Below, one piece after another: positions 57,218 through 64,000 of a DNA stretch of 64,000 nucleotides. A program made the translations under genes and the position numbers. This stretch comes from Candidatus Latescibacterota bacterium (GTDB taxonomy: Bacteria > Latescibacterota > UBA2968 > UBA8231): positions 32,001 to 96,000 of the forward strand of contig OZ241867.1 of assembly GCA_965203175.1 (NCBI GenBank). Direction: 5' to 3'. Under the pieces are notes generated by a model. The model did not search any database, was not told the DNA's origin, and saw only the letters and a list, made by a program, of their open reading frames with translations. The stretch's first letter is position 1. Each line of letters starts with the position of its first letter.

Positions 57218-59203
57218 TCAGATCTGCGTCAAAAAGCTACCCATGTGATCGGTGATGTAATCGGCCACCAGCCACGCGCCGGCCGCAACCACTTCTCCGA
57301 GAATCAGCCCCAGAAAGAACGGACGCAGATTCCGGTATAGCCGCGGCCCCCCATACTTGAGAATCACCAGCTTGAGCAGCCAAGCGATGAGCGCACTGGC
57401 AAAAATGTGGCCGGTCTTCCAGTTCGCGCTGATGGCGTAGCCGAGCGGGTTAAGAGGCCACCACAGCAAATGGTGCCGCACCCACATCAGCACGGCCATC
57501 ACCCCGCCACCGATTGACATGAACAGCCAAGCGTCGAGTCGCGGACCAGTCAATTCCGCTGCAATGCGCGGGGCCATGTCCTTGGGGCCGTACGTAGCAG
57601 CTCCCCAGCCAAAAAACAGGCCGTTGAGATTGATGCCGCCGTATTTGTACGCCAACTCCATGGTAACGTACGAAGAGCCGACCAAGCTAACTACAATGGC
57701 GATGACCACCGCCCAGAACAGCCGCCGCTTTCCGCCCTTGATGACCTCGCTCATCTTCAGGCCATTGGCGACCGACGACATTACAAACGAGCGGATCTCC
57801 GAGTGCCAGCCATAGGAAAACCCCAAGGCCACCAAGCCAGAAGCTCCCAAGCTCGAAGCCCCAGCACCGGAAATCACAAAAGTCGAGGTCATAATGGGAG
57901 GGCGCATGGCCGGAATGCCCCCTTCGGCTACCACCCTCGTCAGGCCCAAAAACAGCACCATGGCCCCAAAGATAAACATCGCCACGCCCAACGGCGGTAG
58001 CCCGGCCATCCACAGCCCCAATCCCACCAAGCCGAGCGACCCTAGCAAGCCGAAAGTAGCCTGCCGGTACGACATAATTTCGTCGGTATCGTCCACGGCT
58101 GGATCGTCGTGCCACGCTTTACGCCACACGGCCTGCAAGTGCCCGCGCGACACCCACAGACCGATCAGCACGAAGACGATCATCGCCCCCATGCCTTGGT
58201 GGGCTAGGTACGGCTCCCGCGAGTACAGATCCATCCGCTCCGTGCTTTGCAGGCCGAGGACGTTGAAGACGCCCCGTTGCACCGTGGTCAGGATGTAGAA
58301 TACCCAGATGGACGCGGAAATATCCAAATTGACGAAGTAAAAGAAGCCGATCCAAGGCGGGCTAAACCACAGGTCCAAGCGCACAGTATCGCGGAACAGA
58401 GGGAGCGACGCGGTCCGCGTAATCCCAGGCACCTCCGGGAAATAAGCGTGTAATCCATTGACGCTGAGCAAGACAAATGCGAACGCAAACCCCAGCCACA
58501 TCGCCTTATTGGTAAAAAACGCCCGCCCAATAGCCCGCCCTTGCTCGCGCTGAATCATCTCCATCGGCACCTGCACCAACGGATACGCCAGCTTCTCCCG
58601 ATCTACCCATTGCTTGCGCAAGATGACCATCGTGCAAATCATCGCTGCGCTGAGCGCCAAGAAGAAGCCGTACCAATAGGTCAGCGGCAGCACCCACGCT
58701 GCCCAGGGAATGGCGGCCCCCTCGGGTAGCCCCTCAAAGAAGTAGCGCGCCACGTTTTCGCCGCGCGGGATCATCCACGTGGGGATGTACTGGTTGTATA
58801 AAAAGTCCCAGTTATTCTCCGGCGTCGCGTAGTACGTGGAGCCGACCAGACAGGGAATGATAAATTGGGTAAACCCCATCCCGGGAATGCAGCAGGCGAC
58901 TACCAACATGATGTAGATGGTAATCAGCTCGGATTGGGTCAGGGCCAAAGAACGGCGCAAGCAGTACACGAGGCCGCTGGCAGGCACTAAAAAAAAGAAG
59001 AAGAATAGAGCGGCTGGCGTGCTAAAATTTAAAGTCAGGTACGAGCCGCGAATGATGGTCGTCGCGTACGCGTCTAAACCATTGAGGAGCAAGGCGAGCA
59101 CTGCGCCGATCAGGATGCCCCGCGCGGGGATGCCGGCGGTATCCTGCTGCCCTTCCTCCTCGTTCACCCATTTGAGGTATGCTGGAGGAATCTGTTTTTT
59201 CAA
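57218..59203 (-). CDS. DUF6785/DUF6784 multi-pass membrane protein (putative peptide transporter-like)
   Basis: ELITIY, LRKQWVDREKLAYPL, RVVAEGG, WWPLNPLGY, LKYGG..LYR.LRPFFLGLILG. Confidence 0.82.
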   Translation of the reverse strand: MKKQIPPAYLKWVNEEEGQQDTAGIPARGILIGAVLALLLNGLDAYATTIIRGSYLTLNFSTPAALFFFFFLVPASGLVYCLRRSLALTQSELITIYIMLVVACCIPGMGFTQFIIPCLVGSTYYATPENNWDFLYNQYIPTWMIPRGENVARYFFEGLPEGAAIPWAAWVLPLTYWYGFFLALSAAMICTMVILRKQWVDREKLAYPLVQVPMEMIQREQGRAIGRAFFTNKAMWLGFAFAFVLLSVNGLHAYFPEVPGITRTASLPLFRDTVRLDLWFSPPWIGFFYFVNLDISASIWVFYILTTVQRGVFNVLGLQSTERMDLYSREPYLAHQGMGAMIVFVLIGLWVSRGHLQAVWRKAWHDDPAVDDTDEIMSYRQATFGLLGSLGLVGLGLWMAGLPPLGVAMFIFGAMVLFLGLTRVVAEGGIPAMRPPIMTSTFVISGAGASSLGASGLVALGFSYGWHSEIRSFVMSSVANGLKMSEVIKGGKRRLFWAVVIAIVVSLVGSSYVTMELAYKYGGINLNGLFFGWGAATYGPKDMAPRIAAELTGPRLDAWLFMSIGGGVMAVLMWVRHHLLWWPLNPLGYAISANWKTGHIFASALIAWLLKLVILKYGGPRLYRNLRPFFLGLILGEVVAAGAWLVADYITDHMGSFLTQI

Positions 59204-59230
59204 TTCCTTTAACCTCGGCCATGGTTCAAA

Positions 59231-61750
59231 TTAGTACACGCTAGCGACGAGTTTGGTGATCGTCGTTTGCTCGCCTTCGGCATCGACCTCCACGCCGACC
59301 CGGCACAGGTACAGGCCCGGCGGCGTCAGGCGGCCCTGATCATCCCGTCCATCCCAAGTCAAACGCTGCACTCCAGCGACGTGTGCCACCACTGGAGCCA
59401 TCTGCCGTACGCGCTGGCCGTCTAAGCCATACACCTCTAGCACCAACGCTTTGGCACCCTGTATTGCGAACACCGGAAACACCAATTCCACTACGTCGTT
59501 GATCCCGTCTCCATTGGGCGTAAACGGATTCGACGACGCGGCCACCTCGCCCAACAGCCCGCCGCTAAATGGGGTCAACACCTGCAAACTGCGGCCGGCA
59601 CCGGCATCCACCCGCTGCCACACCCGCTCATCGCCTTCGCCCAACCCCACTTGGACTGTAAAAGCATTGCTCGCAAGGTAGAGCACACCCGAAAATTGCA
59701 GCGCCACGAACCCCTCTCCCTCCGCCACGGGCGCGGGTAGCTGCACCCACAGCGAATCGGTTCCAGTCTTCACCCGCGTCACTTCTTCCGGCCCGTAGCG
59801 CACGCGCTCCGCGCCCACAACCACTTCCTCCAGGTCGACCGCTGCCCCCGACGGCAACACCACTAGTACCTGGTCGAAGCCGCGATTGTCGGCTTGGAAC
59901 TGCGGCTGCAAAGACAGCGTAAAGGTCGTGCGCTCCCCGCGCTGCTGCGTCTGCCGCGGCTGTACCTCGCCTATAACTTGGCTGGCCAAGGGCCAATCCA
60001 ACGCGATGTGCATCCCGCGCAACAGCGTCCCTTGGCCGGGATCGTCCGAGCGCAGCGTGGCCTCTACTATGGCGTAGCGGCGCGGGCTTGGCGAGGAGAT
60101 CGGCGCGCCCGTGGCCGTATAGTACGGACTCCAAGAGCTCCAGTCGGCACCGGGAACCACCGATATAGTCGAATCGCCCCGCTGAAAGCTGAGCAGCTTG
60201 CGATATTTGGCCTCAGTCACCTCTTTCCCGGCCTTGGTGAAGTAGTGGATTTCCTCGTCGAGCTGGTTGCCAGTGCGCGTGCGAAATTGCACTTGAGTGC
60301 CCGGAGGAGTGTCGGCGGCCCAATGGACGGAAGACAAAATGCGCGGATCGCTGCCCAGCTCCATAGGTGCCGATTGGAGCGTTACTTGCGGCAGGAAACC
60401 GCGGCCGTAGAGCTGGAGCTCGCGGATGCCGGAGTTGGCCCAATTCGGGACGATGAGCACGCGGTAATCCATCTTGAAGTAGCGCGCCCTAGTCAGCGGA
60501 AAGGCATTGTCCTGATAAAAAATGTGGGGGAACAGCCCACTGAAGCGGCCCGGCTCTACTTCGGCGGTTTCTCGCGTGGTCAGCGCAACATAGGCCAAGC
60601 TGCCGTCTGGGTTGCGCTGGCCATTCGAGAGGTTGATGACGTAGTTGGGGAACGCGCCAGTAAAGCCGTGGGCGATGTTTTCGCGATCAAAGCCGATGAC
60701 CACTCGGCTGATCCAAAACCAAGTCCCCAAGTCGAAGAGGAGTTCGCGGTCGAACTCCACGTCGATGTGCTCGACGCCGCTGACGCCCACTTGCTCGGTC
60801 CACACGGTCTTGTAGTCGCCGTCAATGGCCAAGCGCTCCGTCCCGGTGTTGCTCGTGCCCCCGATCAACCCGCCCCGGCTCAGCGAGCCCAAACTGATGT
60901 TGTCGCCCTCGGTCCACACCTCCACCTCGGCCAGCCGCGGCCGCTCCCGTCGATAGTACTTAATCGGGCCAGCGCGCGACTCGCTCAGTGCTGCGTGCTG
61001 GTCTTGGTCGATCTGCCGCAAAACGCCCGAGGACTCGCGCAAGAAGTAGATCACATCGCCGCGCTCTTCCTCTGGCAAGCTGTTCCAGCGGGTCTCGCTG
61101 ACTTCGTGCCCCTGGCCGTGCGCGCTGGCCGTGGCCACGATCTGGACGAACTGGAACATGTCGCCGACAAAATCCGCGTCCGCTTCCTGCGAGGGCTTCA
61201 GATCAAACTCAAAGACGCGCTGGGTTTTGTTCAATCCTTCGCTGCGGCCAGCCTGCGCAAAGCGGATCGCCTTGCTCTGGGAGAAAGCCGGGAGGCCGTT
61301 GGATGTGAGAACCTTAAACTGCAAGAAAGGATCGCCCATGCCTTCCGGCGCGAATTTCACCACGATCTTGCGCGCCCACACCAAGCGGCCCAAATCGACC
61401 TCGACCCACCAATCGCGGAGAGGCGCGTCCACGTCCGGCTCCCAGAAGGTATCCTCTTGGCCGTCTATGAGATTCGCGGCCTCAGCCAAGTTAGTGCCCG
61501 CCGCCCGGATTCCGCCCTGTACGCCTTCGCCGGACACAAAGTTCGGGGCGTCTAGCACGGCGTTGATTTGCTCGCGGATGCGGTGCGGTCGCACCCCCTC
61601 CGGGCCTAATTGCACCGTGCCCGCGGCTATCTCCCATTCCGCCCAGTCGCCCTCGTCAACGGCGACCCGGTCCGCTTCGAGGCGGAATCCCTGGGGCCAC
61701 GCCGACTCGGCGACCAGCAGGGTGCAAGCAACGAGCCACAACCGAGTCAC
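59231..61750 (-). CDS. Large secreted protein with FlgD-Ig/CHU_C-like C-terminal domain, paralog of 47496-49988
   Basis: GTG 61750 overlaps the upstream TGA; colinear similarity over the full length with the 47.5-50 kb gene. Confidence 0.85.
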   Translation of the reverse strand: MTRLWLVACTLLVAESAWPQGFRLEADRVAVDEGDWAEWEIAAGTVQLGPEGVRPHRIREQINAVLDAPNFVSGEGVQGGIRAAGTNLAEAANLIDGQEDTFWEPDVDAPLRDWWVEVDLGRLVWARKIVVKFAPEGMGDPFLQFKVLTSNGLPAFSQSKAIRFAQAGRSEGLNKTQRVFEFDLKPSQEADADFVGDMFQFVQIVATASAHGQGHEVSETRWNSLPEEERGDVIYFLRESSGVLRQIDQDQHAALSESRAGPIKYYRRERPRLAEVEVWTEGDNISLGSLSRGGLIGGTSNTGTERLAIDGDYKTVWTEQVGVSGVEHIDVEFDRELLFDLGTWFWISRVVIGFDRENIAHGFTGAFPNYVINLSNGQRNPDGSLAYVALTTRETAEVEPGRFSGLFPHIFYQDNAFPLTRARYFKMDYRVLIVPNWANSGIRELQLYGRGFLPQVTLQSAPMELGSDPRILSSVHWAADTPPGTQVQFRTRTGNQLDEEIHYFTKAGKEVTEAKYRKLLSFQRGDSTISVVPGADWSSWSPYYTATGAPISSPSPRRYAIVEATLRSDDPGQGTLLRGMHIALDWPLASQVIGEVQPRQTQQRGERTTFTLSLQPQFQADNRGFDQVLVVLPSGAAVDLEEVVVGAERVRYGPEEVTRVKTGTDSLWVQLPAPVAEGEGFVALQFSGVLYLASNAFTVQVGLGEGDERVWQRVDAGAGRSLQVLTPFSGGLLGEVAASSNPFTPNGDGINDVVELVFPVFAIQGAKALVLEVYGLDGQRVRQMAPVVAHVAGVQRLTWDGRDDQGRLTPPGLYLCRVGVEVDAEGEQTTITKLVASVY

Positions 61751-62457
61751 GCGACCTTCTCCTCCTCCACCTGCTGACACGCCGCGATAAATTCCTCGGC
61801 CGTGGTGGTATAACCGATCAGATGTTCAAAGTTGCGCAGCGTAATCCGGTTGATCCAACCGCCTTCCGGCAGGCTGTCGTCTAGCGTGTCTGGCATCTCG
61901 ATCGTACCGGGAGCATTTGAACAATCGCGCAACAGAATGACGCGGTAATTCCTCCCCACGGCTTCGGCGCAGGTGTAGTGCAAGCAGGCCCGCCGGCTGT
62001 AGCCAACCACGAACAGCGTCCTAATGCCATAGCTGCGCAAATGCTGGTCCAAAAAGGTGTCGTGAAAGCCGCTCCAGATCCACTTGGGGAAATTGCGCTC
62101 ACCCTCGCGGGGAGCCACGTAATCGAGGTACTCGGGTTTGTGTTCTTGTCGCGCCCAACTGGCAATGCCGTTGCCTCCGCCGCCCTTGGTCTTGCCCCAG
62201 ATCTCGCCTACGATGTTGCCGGGGTCGGCTACTAGGCGCAGGTCGTTGTGGACGTAGTTCACTAGCATCCCGCTGTCGCGCGCGGCTTGCAAAGCCGGCG
62301 CGATGAAGTTCTTAGTCGTTGGATTGGGCGAGCGCCCATCGACATCGACCAAGAGAAAGGCGCACTCGGCGAACTCTAGGGTCAGAGTCTCGTACCCGTA
62401 GTCGTACCCGCCGGGATAATCCTTGTAGTAGCGAATGGGAATTTGAATGTTGGCCAT
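61747..62457 (-). CDS. Isochorismatase-family cysteine hydrolase
   Basis: AFLLVDV, FPKWIWSGFHDTFLD..LR..GI, ACL (catalytic D-K-C), LLRDC. Confidence 0.88.
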   Translation of the reverse strand: MANIQIPIRYYKDYPGGYDYGYETLTLEFAECAFLLVDVDGRSPNPTTKNFIAPALQAARDSGMLVNYVHNDLRLVADPGNIVGEIWGKTKGGGGNGIASWARQEHKPEYLDYVAPREGERNFPKWIWSGFHDTFLDQHLRSYGIRTLFVVGYSRRACLHYTCAEAVGRNYRVILLRDCSNAPGTIEMPDTLDDSLPEGGWINRITLRNFEHLIGYTTTAEEFIAACQQVEEEKVA

Positions 62458-62470
62458 AGGGCCTCCTTTT

Positions 62471-64000
62471 TTAATAGACCACGGCGACGGTCCCCGCTAG
62501 CTGATCACCGCCTTTTTCCGACTCCACCGATATGCGATAAACGTACAGGCCCGGGGGCACTCGCTCGCCGTTCTCGTCCCGGCCATCCCAAGAAAAGCGC
62601 AGACCGCCGCTGTGCTGTTGCCCGTCGTGGATTACCCGCAGCGAGCGGCCGGACAAATCGAAGACCGCGAGGCGCAAGGGTACCTCTTGGGTTACCTGTA
62701 ACAGCTTGAAAGAGAAGTTAATCTGCTCGTTTATCCCATCGCCATTGGGGGTGACAATTTTCGGCTGCACTTCTATATCGTCCAGTAGGCGGCGGGAAAT
62801 TGAGGTGCGGACCGTGAGCACTTCACTCACTATTTCGCTGGCCGCATCGCCGCGATTGATAGGTTGCGCCAACTCCAAGGGACGCTGCGAGTCGCTCACC
62901 CAGCCGCGGAAAGTCGTGCCGTAGCGCAGCACGGGAGCGCGGAAGAACACCTCGATCACCCCGCCGGAATCCCCGGATGTGCGCGGGGGAAACAAGTCCA
63001 CTGAAAAGCGCAGCGAATCCGGCGCAATGTGCACGGCGAAGCTATCCAAGCCAGTGGCCTGGACCGAATCCACGCTAGCCACGCCAAAGGGCGCGTCGAT
63101 TTCCACTCCGTCAAAACCAGAGTGCTGCGCGCGGATGATGGGCTGAATGGCATACCTAAACGACGCGATCTCGCCCAGAGTAACCTCGGGGGGATATATT
63201 TCGCCCAGCACCTGCTCGGCGAGCGGCGGCTTGGTGGCCGAGAATTCGATGAACTCTAGCTCACCGCCCTCACTACCTACGGGCAAAAAATCGACCCGCA
63301 GTTGCAAGACCGAATTGGGACCGGGCGAGGCTATGGCAGTGCCGCTGCTGTCGGCGAACGCATAGGGCGACGACCAGAAGCTCCAGTTGTCAATGTCGTA
63401 GGTGATTTCGCCGGCCTCACCCGGTTTGAGAAAGAGGTAGTCCGTAGCGTCGAGGGGCTGTCCCTCTTCGTCGAGCGACGTCACCTCATCGCCCCGGCCG
63501 GTGAAGCGCCAATACACATTTGGATCGAGATCCTTCCCGGCCCGCGATTGGATCCAGACGCGGGCGCGAGGATCTTGGTGGCCGCGCCAGCGGATGTCAC
63601 CCCACACGGCCGGCTCGCCGAGGTCGATAAACGGGCTGACGTACGATGCTTGGTGCGCGTAGCCTACGCCATAGACTTCCACTTCGCCGATGTGCAGGGC
63701 CTTGGGCGACGCGCGGAGGAGCAACAGCCCCACGCTGCGGGCGAGAGCCGGGGGAAAGCTCACGTCTATGGTGTCCTGCACGTTTTCGGGTAGCTCAAAG
63801 ACGAGCTGGCCGCCGACGCGGGCAGCACCATACCCCGATACGGTGTCTTTCTTCTGCACGCCTAAGTCGGCGCTCACGTACAACCCATCGGGATACAGGC
63901 CACTCTCGGCGGCGACGACCCGCACCCTGTTCACAAAAAACAGGCCGCCGAGGTCCATGGTAACGCGCCGCGACTCCAGGTAGCGCTGGCCCGTGAACCG
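62471..64000 (-). CDS. Large secreted FlgD-Ig-like domain protein, 5' end outside window
   Basis: Frame stays open from 63958 to the window edge (RFTGQRYLESRRVTMDLGG); C-terminal TPNGDGINE...DLSGR...WDGRD..G..VPPGLY. Confidence 0.85.
   Translation of the reverse strand, partial: RFTGQRYLESRRVTMDLGGLFFVNRVRVVAAESGLYPDGLYVSADLGVQKKDTVSGYGAARVGGQLVFELPENVQDTIDVSFPPALARSVGLLLLRASPKALHIGEVEVYGVGYAHQASYVSPFIDLGEPAVWGDIRWRGHQDPRARVWIQSRAGKDLDPNVYWRFTGRGDEVTSLDEEGQPLDATDYLFLKPGEAGEITYDIDNWSFWSSPYAFADSSGTAIASPGPNSVLQLRVDFLPVGSEGGELEFIEFSATKPPLAEQVLGEIYPPEVTLGEIASFRYAIQPIIRAQHSGFDGVEIDAPFGVASVDSVQATGLDSFAVHIAPDSLRFSVDLFPPRTSGDSGGVIEVFFRAPVLRYGTTFRGWVSDSQRPLELAQPINRGDAASEIVSEVLTVRTSISRRLLDDIEVQPKIVTPNGDGINEQINFSFKLLQVTQEVPLRLAVFDLSGRSLRVIHDGQQHSGGLRFSWDGRDENGERVPPGLYVYRISVESEKGGDQLAGTVAVVY

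Noticed and set aside
59894-61555. 553-aa plus-strand ORF (also 2363-3619, 27480-28400, 21793-22599 and similar)
   Set aside because: Antisense shadows of well-supported minus-strand genes in high-GC DNA; no recognisable motifs.

Overview
GC-rich, gene-dense bacterial chromosomal window with about 52 CDS, mostly on the minus strand. The gene repertoire (two PhyH dioxygenases, a sulfatase, FG-GAP/ASPIC proteins, several large secreted proteins with FlgD-Ig/T9SS-like C-termini, a DUF6785 membrane protein) suggests an FCB-group organism such as Ca. Latescibacterota or a similar sponge symbiont; this is inference only. Housekeeping genes include murD, argC, tatD, dut, cysH, a xanthine-dehydrogenase-family trimer with MoaD, a MacAB/Yip1 exporter and Wza/Wzz-like genes. 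Highlights: (1) a compositionally distinct, translationally coupled four-gene island (8407-13434) encoding an N6-adenine DNA methylase, a MORC/GHKL-ATPase-histidine-kinase fusion, a receiver-domain protein and a ComEC-type metallo-beta-lactamase nuclease, a candidate phosphorelay-controlled defence system; (2) two genes broken in the ORF track by in-frame TGA codons, each followed by a SECIS-like hairpin: an ArsC-family UxxC selenoprotein next to cysH and a DUF5069-like selenoprotein coupled to an FNR-like reductase; (3) a ~290-nt highly structured, possibly switchable RNA element upstream of a catalytically dead BtrH-like gene; (4) a tandemly triplicated two-gene envelope module with a conserved N-terminus, variable C-terminus and visible duplication scars. 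No rRNA, tRNA, CRISPR array, integrase or transposase was recognised. All family calls come from motif recognition, not database searches.
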